Assembly (NCBI GenBank): GCA_951406725.2
Contig: OX597829.1
Coordinates: forward strand, 14,942,001 to 15,006,000
Direction of reading: 5' to 3'
Length of the DNA stretch: 64,000 bases
Origin: Octopus vulgaris
Taxonomy: Eukaryota
The notes beneath the pieces were generated by a model. That model was not told where the DNA came from. It did not search any database and saw only the letters and a list, made by a program, of their open reading frames with translations. Positions 33,362-46,380 of this stretch are shown here, in pieces. Position 1 is the stretch's first letter. Each line of letters opens with the position of its first letter. The translations under genes were made by a program, and so were the position numbers.

Positions 33362-34260
33362 TCACGGAATGTTTTGCCAGGTTTTATGCAGTAAACTCAA
33401 AAGATCTGGCTTTGAAGATGCTTTCTTGCTGTTTTTGTGACGTATCCTGTCCATTATACCCCAGAGGTGTTCAATAGGGCTCATATCTGATGAGTGGGTT
33501 GGCCATGGAAGCTGTTTAATGCCAATCTCATCCAACAAGTCTTGGGTCATTTTAGCCATATATCAAAGAGCCCCACCTTCCATAAATAGTCTTCTTTAAT
33601 CATTTCATTACTGGAGAAGATAGGAACGAGTCGTTTCAGTAATATGGATACATTTATTTGAGTTCATATTTCCCTCAACTTCACCAGCTCTGATCAACCA
33701 TTGCACCAAATTGCTCCCCAGACCATCATAGAATAGCCGCCGCGTTTCATTGTTGGTTGCAATCTCTTCACATCAAATTCTTGATCATAGATTCTCCAGA
33801 TCCGCACTCGGCCACTGTCAGAAAATACAACAAATGTGGACTCATCAAAGAATATGACTGTGTCCCAAAATACTAGTGGCCTCTCCACCATATCACTGAC
33901 CTAATCTTTCCTCCACTTGATGTTGGCTGGTCGAAGAAGTGGCTTCCTTGTTGTTGCATTGCCATAGTAACCAAGTTTCTGGAGACAGCAGACAACTGTT
34001 CTGGGACTATCCTATACACTTCTCTTAGCTAAGACAAGGGTCTTGTCAGACGGCCTTGGTTGATCTAGGCAAGGTAATGTGGATTCCTTCTCCTCTCTGG
34101 GGAATTGCATAATCACTCAATTAACTGTAGGAACATAATGAACCAAATACCGCCTCTTTGAAATTCAGACAGTTCCAAGGCTTCTTTTGTATATGGCATG
34201 ATTAAACATAGAAAACCTAAGGCATAAAAATGTCAATTAATAAAAAATATAAACCTTTAC
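33362..34260 (-). pseudogene. Tc1-type (DD34E) transposase relic
   Basis: ORF pieces WDTVIFFDESTF...PTMKRGGYSMMVWGAI and LPWPTHSSDMSPIEHLW. Confidence 0.85.
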
Positions 34261-34317
34261 AAGTTAGAATAAACATAACACATGTTTTATTGGGTGCTTA
34301 TTTACTTCTGTCATGTC

Positions 34318-34370
<53 letters not shown>

Positions 34371-34372
<2 letters not shown>

Positions 34373-34500
34373 TGGGTTGGCAACTAAGTTCCTGCCGTTT
34401 TTTTAAATTTTGGAATCTATTTTTTTCCGAGAATTGTAATTTTGAATTATTTGGGAAGAATTTATTTTATTTGTTTTTGGGACACCGGATCCCAAAATCG
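34371..34500 (+). mobile_element. Possible mariner-type terminal fragment
   Basis: TA|TTGGGTTGGCAACTAAGT resembles mariner TIR starts; no second TIR found. Confidence 0.35.
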
Positions 34501-36080
34501 AACAGTTTGAAAAGTAGAATGATGTGGTTGACTTAGTTGTAGGCGTTGCTGAAATCAAGATATATAACATTAGTATTCGAGCCCGTCACCAAAACTTTAA
34601 TGGTATTATCAGCGCTATATAAAACTATATAAAAACTGTGTTAGGCAGTCTCAATTGCAAGGAAAGGTCTGCTGGTTGGAATTTACGGTACTGTTACTCT
34701 CCAAGAAGCAAGTTATTCTTGATCTCAACGCCATTTCAAACACTTTGATAATGTGGAAGATGAGTGTAATTGGGTTGCTATAAGTGATCTGTTCTCTTTT
34801 CGAAAACTGAGATGACAGATTGAAACAATAGTTTTTGTATGTAGCCTAAATATGAATCTTTTTTCCGAAGGCTGTTTAGAGGCGATGTAAGTTGATGTCT
34901 GCATTCCTTTAGGACGCTAGCGGGAACCTATCAGGATCTACTGCGGAATAATACTAGGTTTCATATATTTTTCCGATGATGTCTAAAGCAGTGAAATATA
35001 TGTCAGAAATATGTTGGGGATAGAGTTAGTTAGAATATCATAAGTCAGCTCAAGTGAAATCACTAAATACAGAGCAATATTGTTTCTGTAGGACCTCTGC
35101 TATTTCTTTAGCTTCATAGTGGAGAATGTTGTTATCATCAATCAGTGGACCAACGGGTGAGATAGTGGTCCTATGTTTATTGGCATATGAATAGAACACT
35201 TTTGTTTGATCTTTTTTAATAGCACAGTTTTCTTCTGCAGCCCTTTGATAATTGATGTACATTTTCGTACTGTTCTACACATGACATTTTACCACCTCAA
35301 GTATTTTCATTGCTATTGAGTGTGGATGCTACCGCCGGCAGTATTTTAACTTGTTGAGTTTTAAAATTAAATCTTTTGATTCTCCCGATAAGCGCTTTTT
35401 TATATTTTCTGGGAACTACTTGTGTTTGTACTTGAGAGTTTCGTAGGAGCGTGTTTTGAGCATGTATAGGTTCTCAAACATCTGCCATGCTGCTTCAATA
35501 TGAGAGGAACTGTAAGTGAAGAACTAGTCGATAAATGTCAGATATTTTCTAATTACTCTCGAATCTGCTTTGTGAAGACCGACGTCGTCCAACAGTTGAA
35601 CTGGGGCGGGAGCGAATGGTTTAGCTTTCACATGCCGGAAACTAAGGTTGCAAACTCGTGTTCAAAGAGAAGTTATTTTCGATTGAAATGTGATTGATGG
35701 AGCTAGAGTGGTTTGTTAATATCCGGTGCAAGATACTTTGTCTTGTCTTGTTGGCTGAAGCGCTAGATGGGTTAGGATAAATTGTCATCCATTAAATCAA
35801 ATAACAATTCTTTTGTTGCGCTTGTTTGGTGTTGGGAAGAAGTTACCTTCTTCGGATTATTTGTAGGCCGCTTCACATAAGGAAGGTTAAAATCACCCAC
35901 CATTATTAACTTCCTAGAGTTGTATTTTTCGAGAAAGGACTTGACTTTGTTGATCGACTCTTAAAAATACAGTATAGGTGCGTGAGGTAGCTTATAGAGG
36001 CCAACAATGATTATATCATTAACGTCGTTGTATATTGACACAAATTTACAGTAGCTATTGAAAAATATGTCTTTGGCATA
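34500..36080 (-). mobile_element. Decayed CR1/Jockey-group LINE ORF2 (APE endonuclease plus RT start)
   Basis: Minus-strand peptides IIIVGLYK, IMVGDFNLP, KVFYSYANK...VGPL...KQYCSVFS, and PDRFP/YLDFSNAY-like RT motifs; many stops. Confidence 0.8.
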
Positions 36081-36314
36081 ATTTGGAAGTAGAATGGGCT
36101 GCTTTTTCTTCTGAAAGTAAGGAAACTAGAGAAAACAACTTGTTGATGCAATAACCAAAACTACTTATTTTCTTTTGTTGCATTTTCGCAAGTAACATAT
36201 TTGTGACGAGTATCAAGAAAAATTTCCCTCTCTTAAAGAAAGGACTCTTTCTAGTTCCTATTTATGCGATTTTTTCCTCACTCATAGAAACAACTCTGTT
36301 TGCAATTGCAGCTA

Positions 36315-36517
36315 ATGGCGAAATGTGTAGCCGTATTTCGTCTGCCGTTACGTTCTGAGTTCAAATTCCGCCGAGGTCGACTTTGCCTTTCATCCTTTCG
36401 AGGTCGATAAATTAAGTGCCAGTTACACACTGGGGTCGATGTAATCGACTTAATCCGTTTGTCTGTCCTTGTTTGTCCCTTCTGTGTTTAGCTACTTGTG
36501 GGTAGTAAAGAAATAGG
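36315..36517 (+). mobile_element. SINE family B, young, inserted in the Helitron relic
   Basis: Near-identical to the 47172 unit, 5'-truncated. Confidence 0.9.
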
Positions 36518-37415
36518 TACAGTGTAGGTTTCATCATGAATTCTAATTTTAAAAATTTTGGTGAAAAAGATCATGGCAGTAATAAAACAAATTACAGCAA
36601 ATCATCAGTCGATAGTCGTAATAATCTACAAAGAATACAGTTTGCTGGAAGTGATTCAGCCACTTTGTGGTGTATGAAAGTGATATCTAACATCTCCGTT
36701 AACAAAAAGCAAAGAATATTGTAAAGAAACATATACACGATGATTTTGCTACTTCTTCATACGTAGGAACATTAGATGAGGAGATATGTTCTCTAAATGG
36801 TTTTGTATTGACTTCTGTGTAAACTTCGAACTTCCAGAGTTCAAGGACGTTCTAAAGCATATCGAGAACTTCTAATGAAAGTTTCATTTGATTAAGCATT
36901 TCTTGCAGCTTTAAAATAAGTTCAGTTCTTGTGTCTGGTCAGACCAGTTGCGGACATTGTGCTTCGTTTCGAACCTTTATGATATAAATATCCGTAAAAA
37001 CTTATGAATCTTTATTCTGTAAAAGATTATTAAGGGAATCAGAACTGTGATAAATCTATTCCTTGCACTTCAAATTTCGACATAAATTGCTTATTTCTCT
37101 TAAGATTTTTAACTCCAAATTATTGAATTTGGAAAACAGTTGCATGTTCGAATATTGTTAAAATGTTTTGATTTTGAAGTGGTATTCAAATGAAGATTTT
37201 TTTATAAATCATTCTGGCTCAATTTTTGGTAAAATGGACATTACTATTAGAACACAACATACCTAATGATGCCTTGTCCCACTTTCTAGCATCGCGTTTG
37301 TTACATGTTTTACACATAAAGCATTGGAATATGTCTTCAAATGTACAATCATGATTAGGATCGTAAGTAATCGCTATAGATTCCGTCCATACTTTTTCTA
37401 CACATTTTCTCCCCA

Positions 37416-37461
<46 letters not shown>

Positions 37462-37759
37462 CCCATGCTCTATTTCTTCTATCTTTTTCTCTTTCTTTTC
37501 TTGCAATCTTATTTCTTTTTACCTATGCTTTGTTATTTTTAGAATGTCCTTCTTTCTCTGGAATCCTGTTTCTCTATCTCTATTACTTTCTTGTTCTTTT
37601 GTCCTCCTCTCATATTCGCTCACTTTTGGAACCATATATTTTTTTTCCACTTTCTTCTAATATTTTTTTTTGTATTAAACGCAATTATATTTTGAATCCT
37701 CATTCTGTTTTTCGCTGTCTTGTAATATTTCTTATCCCTTAAAATTTCTCTTATGTTCA

Positions 37760-38124
37760 TGATTGTTAATGGGAAAGAGAACATCATATTAGTCCTTGTC
37801 AATATGACCTCTATACAAAATAGTTGTCTTCCTTCCCGTTCGACCACATATGGCGAACCGAAGAAGAAAATTTTCATCGTCAATTTTGCGATGAACCTGA
37901 ATTGCTACATTGTACAATTCACTAATGGCAGCCAATTCAACATCATCGCTCGCCGTATGTTCCATCCCTACTCGTGTATACTTGATATTCCCGCATTGAG
38001 CTGTTAGGGATAAAAAAAAAATGTCACCATTTATTGCATATGCGCTGTGCAAACTCCTCTCGGTAATTTGTGGTATTATTGAAAAAGAGTGACACAGTTC
38101 TAAATAAGCAGTACCGTCGCCCAT
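37760..38124 (-). pseudogene. OTU cysteine-protease (deubiquitinase-like) domain, frameshifted
   Basis: MGDG(N)CLFRTVS (1-nt deletion), DGTYG/DVELAAISELYNVAIQVH, and YRGHIDKD*YDVL (His box destroyed by a stop). Confidence 0.75.
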
Positions 38125-39713
38125 AACTTTTGAAAAAGATAAGTTAATTTGGTTGTGCTGAATATTTTTTGATGAATTTAATAAAGTACTTTACCTTCAG
38201 TTTAAACTTTAGATGGCTTCTTCACTGAGAGATTGGTGATTGATAATGTGAATACCAAAGACTGAAAACTGTATAAACAATACGAATTTCCTGTTAAGGA
38301 ATCTGTCTTACTCGCTTCGAGATAGATGACAGGATAAGTACAATTTTATAAGTCGGGAAAAAAGAAATGAATATTTTTCAATGAATTTAACAAGGTACTT
38401 CATGTGCAATGTTGAATTTAGTTGTCTTCGCAAAGCATAAGTGATGTGAATCTAAGCAATTAGCAGACGACAATCTCTTTATGTCTGGCTATATTTCGGT
38501 TGTTTCCGGATAATTTTAGTTTAAAAGCTGCTTGTGTAATATCTGTGTATATGTGAGAGAGAGAGAGAGAGAGAAAGTGAGAGAGGGAGAGAGGGAGAGA
38601 AAGAGAGAGAAAAAGAGAAAGCAACAAGGAATGAGTGAGAAACAGACAGAGATACAGAGAGACACAGACAGACAAAAAAAGACATACAGAAAGACAGAGA
38701 GAAGAAAACAACAGAAAGAGTTTGACTAATCGTTAATATGTATGTTTACGCATATTGCTATTCTTAAGTGTGTATGTATGTGTGTGAATGTGTCTGTGCG
38801 TGAGTGAATATTGTAATTATTGTGTCTGTACATGGTGTTGTTGTTTAGCTCTACAGTAAACATGATCAAGTAGATCTATGGTATATAATATTCCAGCTAA
38901 AAACATAATCTTTGTTTTCTTTATATCCAATATGTCCTTCCATTTCTTGTGACATTGAGGGAGATTTGATTCTTATTTTTAGCAGTTCAAGCAACAATGG
39001 AGAAATTGTCTCATTTGGTTTGAATCTGAGTGCACATGTGTGTATACACACAAATAATATATATATAGACATATACAATAATACCTCACTTTACGAGGAA
39101 TCGGTTTACGAGATACCAGGTTTACGAGTTTTATTTTTGAAGCACAAGACCCAAATTTTAGATGAAGTGCAAAGCTTTCTACTACAATAAATAGTGCTTC
39201 TATAGAGAATCGAAATAAAGCTTCTACTAAGCAAACACATCTAGATATGATTCTATGTTAAAAAGAAACCTACAAGTCCGTCGAGTACTTGTGAATCGGC
39301 GACAGCATTTACAAGTGCTGATGTACACGAGACTAGTACGGGTGAAAGTTTTTAGACCCTAATCCTTCCTCAGTTATCGACCAAAAATACTAATACCCAG
39401 TTTCGTGCCTTTAACGATAACACTGGGAACTTCGTATTTCGGATGCACCCGCAAGATTTGCGTAAAATTAGGGCTAGAGCTAACAAAACAATACAGGGTG
39501 GAAGTACGAAAGTAAACCAATGTAATTTGAAATGATAGACGCAATAAATTAAGCTTTTCGGCCAAACACGGGAATGACGAATTAACGCCTGGAAGAAATC
39601 CTCTTGCTCTCTTACTTATTCTGTTTTTATATCCATCTGGGGGTCGATTCGCTCGTCAAAAACGTCTTGAAGGCGGCGCCCCAGCATGGTCGCAGTCTAA
39701 TGATTGAAACAAG

Positions 39714-39833
<120 letters not shown>

Positions 39834-39981
39834 TTAAAATTATAAATTAGGATATCTACGAGGTACCACCATTCTGAAAATAGCAGCCATGATCTGATTC
39901 TAAAACCACCTTAATTGTCCATATATCAACACGGAGAAAAGACCAAGAGACAAGATGAAACCAGTAAAAAATTACTGGATA

Positions 39982-40040
39982 ATTCTAGATCCCGGATTTC
40001 TGACTTTGCATTTTGGAATGGTTTGCCTCGTCAGTAGAAT
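39982..40040 (-). ncRNA. Hammerhead ribozyme motif (type I variant)
   Basis: Minus strand reads ATTCTA CTGACGA GGC...GTC A GAAA TCCGGGA TC TAGAAT, with a perfect 6-bp stem I (ATTCTA/TAGAAT) and an AUC cleavage triplet. Confidence 0.65.
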
Positions 40041-40275
40041 ACACACAGAAAAGAAACATAAATACATATACAAATACAACATACAAATATCCGGGATCTA
40101 GAATTATCCAGTAATTTTTTACTAGTTTTATCTTGTCTCACATGGAATTAAGCGGCGGGCATTTTGAACTGGGCATGATGCATACATGCATATATATGTG
40201 GGTATACATTCGTATATGTAAGTATTCGTATGTTGTATTTACATATATATGTATTTATGTTTATCTTCTGTGTGT

Positions 40276-40334
40276 ATTCTACTGACGAGGCAAAGCATTC
40301 CTAAATTCAAAGTCAGAAATCCGGGATCTATAAT
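40276..40334 (+). ncRNA. Hammerhead ribozyme motif (second arm copy)
   Basis: ATTCTA CTGACGA GGC...GTC A GAAA TCCGGGA TC TATAAT; one mismatch in stem I. Confidence 0.6.
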
Positions 40335-40478
40335 TATCCAGTAATTTTTTACTAGTTTCATCTATTTTCAGCATGATACCCTAATTTATAGTTTTAATAA
40401 TTATTACCTTTGAAGGTTATTTTTTCCATGCTGGCCACTTGATAAAATCGTTATTTTATTTTAAATTAACAATCTTAT

Positions 40479-40529
<51 letters not shown>

Positions 40530-41386
40530 AATATACATATATATATATATATATACATACATATATATATATACACACACACACTTGTATATATGCATAT
40601 ATGCATGCACACACACACATACACGCACACATATAATGGAGATCTATGATTTGTGTGTACAGGTTGTAACGAGAATTACCCTAGACAAACAAGACTACTT
40701 TTGAAAATCAGACTCACTATTTGTAGATAAAAGATGTGAAACCTTAACGCTAGACAGATTCCTTCGAGTGACCATAACTGCAACAAACAACACCCCGAAA
40801 TTCCCAGCTTTTCCACCTAACCTTTGTTCTGATAAAACTGAAGATAATTAAAATAATAAGTTTGCTAAAACATATAAACTAACATTTAAGAAGCAATATT
40901 AACATGTGTAAACATGTAACAGGTCCCTTAATAACATTTAAAACCTTAATGCGATGTTACGAAATATTCAATAAAATCTTTGACAAAACTAAACAGTGGA
41001 ATTTTCAAACAAAGTATTGACGTCATCAAAGGATTGACTAACAACTTGCTTTGGGGAGAACAGCGAACACACCATTTGACGTCATCTATCTTCTGTAATG
41101 CAGAAAACTGTTTATTAATTAGTTAGCATAAATTTTATTAAAACAAGAATATAATTAAAATCGACATTGTCTAGAAAATTCGTAAAATTCGTAAAAATTC
41201 GTAAAAATTGCAATTTTCCTATTGCATGTGTGGTGTGGCTGTGTGGTTAGAAGTGTGTTTCATAACCACGTAGTTCCAGTTTCAGTACCTTTCATAGCAC
41301 CTTTGGCCGACAGAAACCGTGTGTGTGGATTTAATAGACGGAAACTGAATAAAACCCGTCGCATGTAAATGTATGCATCTATATAT

Positions 41387-41588
41387 TCTCTTTTACTTCT
41401 TTCAGTCATTTGACTACGGCCATGCTGGAGCACCACCTTTAGTCGAGCAAATCGACCCCGGAACTTATTCTTTGTAAGCCCAGTACTTATTCTATCGGTC
41501 TCTTTTGCCGAACCGCTAAGTTACGGGGACGTAAACACACCAGCATCGGTTGTCAAGCAATGCTAGGGGGACAAACACAGACACACAA

Positions 41589-41621
<33 letters not shown>

Positions 41622-41797
41622 CATACATATATACGACAGGCTTCTTACAGTTTCCATCTACCAAATCCACTCACAAGGCATTGGTCGGCCCGGGGCTATA
41701 GCAGAAGACACTTGCCAAAGATGCCACGCAGTGGGACTGAACCCGGAAACATGTGGTTGGTTAGCAAGCTACTTACCACACAGCCACTCCTGCGCCT
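41387..41797 (-). mobile_element. SINE family A, full length (partial + copy at about 41230-41362)
   Basis: Reverse complement of the family A consensus. Confidence 0.9.
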
Positions 41798-41994
41798 ATG
41801 TTTGTTTTGTGCTTTTTTTGCCTCTGCCACTGTTTGGTAGCGACGTTGGTGTGATATAAATCCATGTAAGCTAGTAGTTCCTCAAAAAGGGTCCGACAAA
41901 AAGAGAAAAAAAGCTTAAAAAATAAGTTTTGGGATCGATTTCTCGTATACATTGGTCCATGCCCTGACATGCTTGTCTACATGACCGGGATAAT

Positions 41995-42873
41995 TATGTA
42001 TGTATGTATGAATGTATGTATGTATGTATGTATGCATGTATGTATGTATGTATGTATGTATGTATGTATGTATGTATGTATGTATGTATGTATGTATGTA
42101 TGTATGTATGTATGTATGTATGTATGTATGTATGTATGTATGTATGTATGTATGTATGCATGTATGTATGTATGTATGCATGTATGTATGTATGTATGTA
42201 TGCATGTATGCATGCATGTATGTATGTATGTATGTATGTATGTATGTATGCATGCATGTATGTATGTATGTATGTATGTATATGTATGTATGTATTTATG
42301 TATGCATGCATGTATGTGTGCATGTATGTAGATATGTATGTATGTATGTATGTTTGTATGTATGTGTTTTATGTATTGTATATATGTATGTATGTATGCA
42401 TGTATGTATGTATGTATGTATGTATTTATGTATGTATGTATGTATGTATGTATGTATGTATGTATGTATGTATGTATGTATGTATGTATGTATGCATGCA
42501 TGTATGTATGTATGTATGTATGTATGTATGTATGTATGTATGTATGTATGTATGTATGCATGTATGTATGTATGTATGTATGTATGTATGTATGCATGTA
42601 TGTATGTATGTATGTATGTATGTATGTATGTATGTATGTATGTATGTATGTATGTATGTATGTATGTATGTATGCATGTATGCATGCATGCATGCATGTA
42701 TGCATGCATGCATGTATGTATGTATGTGTGTATGTATGTATATATGAATGTATGTATGCATGTATGTATGCATGCATGCATGCAAGTATGCATGTATGTA
42801 TGTATGTATGTATGTATGTATGTATGTGTGTGTATGTATGTTTGCATGTATGCATGCATGCATATATGCATGC

Positions 42874-42905
<32 letters not shown>

Positions 42906-42943
42906 GTGTATGTATGTATGTATGTATATATGTATGTATATAT
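41995..42943. repeat. About 950-bp (TATG)n tetranucleotide array with CATG variants
   Basis: Direct reading. Confidence 0.97.
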
Positions 42944-42985
42944 AGTCAGTATTTAATTAAGATGAGAGTATGTTTACCGTTGTAA

Positions 42986-43103
42986 ACATACGGCCATATC
43001 ACTTTGAAAACACCGCTTCTCGTCCGATCACCGAAGTTAAGCAACGTCGAGCCTAGAGAGTACTTAGATGGGTGACCGCTTGGGAAACCTACGTGCTGTA
43101 AAC
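42986..43103 (+). rRNA. 5S rRNA-like copy (probable pseudogene or head of a 5S-derived element)
   Basis: TACGGCCATATCACTTTGAAAACACCGCTTCTCGTCCGATCACCGAAGTTAAGCAACGTCGAGCCTAGAGAGTACTTAGATGGGTGACCGCTTGGGAAACCTACGTGCTGTAAAC matches the metazoan 5S consensus, including box A (AGTTAAGCA) and box C (GATGGGTGACC). The 5' bases are altered, there is no T4+ terminator, and it is a solitary copy. Confidence 0.9.
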
Positions 43104-43119
43104 GTCTTTCTATCCTTGT

Positions 43120-43283
43120 AGGCACAGGAGTGACTGTGTGGTAAGTAGCTTACTTACGAACCAAATGGTTCCGGGTTTAGTCCCACTGCGTGGCACCTTG
43201 GGCAAGTGTCTTTTACTATAGCCTCGGGCCAACCAAAGCCTTGTGAGTGGCTTTGGTAGACGGAAATTGGAAAAACCCGTCGT

Positions 43284-43328
<45 letters not shown>

Positions 43329-43544
43329 GTGTATATGTTTGTATGTCAGTGTTTGTCCCCTCAACATCGCTTGACAACCGATGGTAGTGTGTTTATGTCC
43401 CCGTCACTTAGTGGTATGGCAAAAGAGACGGATAGAATAAGTACTAGGCTTCCAAAGAATAAGTCTGGGGTCGATTTGATCGACTAAAGGCGATGCTCCA
43501 ACATGGCCGCAGTAAAATGGCTGAAACAAGTAAAAGAGTGAAAG
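43120..43544 (+). mobile_element. SINE family A (tRNA head, CORE-like ACCTTGGGCAAGT segment, internal TA/TG microsatellite)
   Basis: GGCACAGGAGTGACTGTGTGGTAAG...CCGGGTTTAGTCCC...CTGAAACAAGTAAAAGAG. Confidence 0.9.
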
Positions 43545-43810
43545 TATACTCTCATCTTAATTAAATGATGACTTTATGACACCAACAATCTACTTCTCAC
43601 CGTTATTTCTTATCTCCATTTCTTATCGTCTTTGTATATATTAAACCACGGTTTTACCTTTTAAATTACCTACTGCCGTATATCTTATAACAAGGACCAT
43701 ACATACTGAGGTAATGCCAGTAGTGCCTATGTGTACATCTGTCCTTTAAATGGTTACATTACCACTAACTTATATCTTACACCATATACATATATATATA
43801 TATATATATA

Positions 43811-44007
43811 GTTATGAAAGCACAAAAAACACAACGCGAGAACGTGGAACAAATATAGTATTATTGGACGCTCAGGAAAGAAGGAAAGAAGGCGGGTTTA
43901 ACATTTCGAGCGGAACGCTTCGTCGGAAACATAGGAGAAGGAAAGATCCAGAGAAGGGAAGACAGAGGAAAAAAATCGCCAACGGTACACACGCGGTCAG
44001 ATTTTGA
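43811..44007 (-). mobile_element. Short (TA)n-associated repeat with minimal hammerhead motif (copy 1)
   Basis: Minus strand 43894-43931: GTTT CCGACGA AGCGTTCCGCTC GAAA TGTT AAAC; about 190-bp similarity to 55601-55787. Confidence 0.65.
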
Positions 44008-44117
44008 ATGACCGGAAGGAAATGGGTGAAGAAAAGTTCTTTCAAAGACAGGAGAGTGCAAGAGGAGGTATGTGTGTGTACACAAACACACACACTCACA
44101 CACATACACACATACAC

Positions 44118-44163
<46 letters not shown>

Positions 44164-44230
44164 GCGCGCACGAACGCACACACACACATATGCATATATG
44201 TATATATTTATATATAACAAGAATAAGTAC

Positions 44231-44919
44231 GGAAAAAATCACGTTGAAATTTTTAAACTTTGACTAGCGATTACCGCACACATTACTAGCGATCGTTTTT
44301 ATTGTGCCAGCATACTTAGATGCACAAAAAGGTATAAAATACCAGACAAATAAATAACAATAAATATCCGAAAATATATGCTGAGCACTCCGTCTGTACG
44401 ACGACGAAGATCCCAGCTGATACGATCAACGGAACAGCCTGCTCGTGAAATTAACGTGCAAGTGAGTGAGCAATCCAAAGACACATGTAGCCCTAATGTA
44501 GCTCTCAGGGAGATTCAGCGTGACACAGAGTGTGACAAGGCTGGCCCTTTGAAATGCAGCTACAACACATTTTTGCCAGCTGAGTGGACTGGAGCAACAT
44601 GAAATAAAGTGTCTTGCGCAAGGACACAACGCGTCGCTAGGAATTGAACTCACGACCTTACAATCGTGAGCCGAATGGCCTAACCAATAAGCCACGTGCC
44701 TTCATATATGCTAAGACAACGTTATCAAGACAATCCAAAATTGATTAAATTCTTTCTTAGTCCACTTTGAATCTAACCAAATTTGGTTTGCCTTGATACC
44801 GTTGTTTTAGCATATATTCTCGGATATATTAATATGACTTGTATTTTATACCTTTTTCTGTGGCACAATACAAATGATCGTCGGTGATGTGTGGTGTAAT
44901 CGCCAATTAGATTTTCTCC
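44231..44919. repeat. Fold-back element after (TA)n, interrupted by a SINE
   Basis: 44267-44382 plus 44713-44745 is the reverse complement of about 44774-44903. Confidence 0.75.
44383..44703 (-). mobile_element. tRNA-derived SINE (family C) with 9-bp TSD
   Basis: Minus-strand head GGCACGTGGCTTATTGGTTAGG...GTGAGTTCAATTCC (A and B boxes); TSD ATATATGCT at 44374-44382 and 44704-44712. Confidence 0.85.
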
Positions 44920-45239
44920 ATTATTATTATTGTTGCCTTATACACCAGATCTCTCGAAATTCTTCCAAGCGATTTTAGAATTTGCTTGTCATACATGAAG
45001 AATTACCTTGGATGTTTATTCAGTTGCATTTATTCGTATCTGAATGTTTGATGTAGTTAACCAAATTCGTTTTAACATTGAGTGTTTAATGGTTATCTTC
45101 TTGGATTTATTAATCCTTTTTTACTTCTTTTATGCATGTATATATATTTGTGTGTGTGTGTGTGAGTGTGCGTGTGTGTACAGGTCTAGCCGCTACTTCA
45201 CTTTATTCAGTGGTCACGGCACCGATTCTGACTTTCTAA

Positions 45240-45500
45240 TAACATGACCAATTAGAATATCACAGAAAATAATCGGGAGAGGGATACTTGAAGGCGAGCC
45301 AACCGCCAGGAGACCTAGAGGCAGACCAAGAACGAAATAACTAGATAAGTTTCAGTTGGCCAGACTTGGGAATCCAGCTGGAAATAACGTTCGCTTTTGG
45401 CAAGGACTCTACGGAGACGGTACCTGAGGACTGTATCCCCACAACCCTCCCAGGAACAGTAGGCAGAGGAATTCGGCTGGCTTGACAGGCTGGTTGACAA
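45240..45500 (+). mobile_element. RTE-type LINE 3' end fragment
   Basis: RRPRGRPRTK motif (AGGAGACCTAGAGGCAGACCAAGAACG), typical of RTE C-termini. Confidence 0.55.
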
Positions 45501-45606
45501 CCTGAATATAAATATATGCATTTATACATATTTCGTTTTTGGATTTGGTTTGCAAGATTCTTTATGCGAGTTCGTGTGTTGAAGCATGTTCTGTTGTGTC
45601 TGGGGA

Positions 45607-45823
45607 GAGCCATTTTCTTTTTGTGCCTTATAATGTAACACACTCTACGGTAAAATTTCCCTTTTCTCTTATTTTTGTTTTCCTAAAATTTTCGTTGCGT
45701 CTTACAAAAATTTGAAAAGGTTGCAAGACGCAACGAAAATTTTAGAAAAACAAAAATAAAAAAAACAGTGGAAATTTTTCCGGTGAGTGTGTTACATGAT
45801 AAGGCACAAAAAGAAAATGACTC
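45607..45823. repeat. About 215-bp fold-back inverted repeat
   Basis: GAGCCATTTTCTTTTTGTGCCTTAT...TTTTCGTTGCGTCTT / AAGACGCAACGAAAA...ATAAGGCACAAAAAGAAAATGACTC. Confidence 0.85.
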
Positions 45824-45909
45824 GAAAGCGACCTATCTCCAACATGCTTGAAGTGCCGATACCTTCAAAAGACTACCAATATTCTATCATAAATTAATAA
45901 ATAATATAT

Positions 45910-46380
<471 letters not shown>

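Larger units (their letters stand above)
36110..38150 (-). mobile_element. Helitron relic (OTU, Zn-finger/Rep N-terminus, Pif1 helicase fragment)
   Basis: YDPNHD...CKTC..RKWDKASLGMLCSN (37219-37416); downstream SKHF..NIR, FEVQG.IYH and LQEML motifs; helicase motif-I flank FFLD..NMLLAK..VLVIAST near 36140-36235; heavily deleted. Confidence 0.75.

Noticed and set aside
41995-42943. Long regular array as a possible CRISPR or coding repeat
   Set aside because: Simple TATG tetranucleotide repeat with no spacers, in a eukaryotic context.
42986-43103. Functional 5S rRNA gene
   Set aside because: The 5' stem is altered, there is no oligo-T terminator and it is not in a tandem array; treated as a derived copy.
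44620-44703. tRNA gene from A/B boxes (also other SINE heads)
   Set aside because: It continues into a SINE body with a TSD and has no complete cloverleaf.
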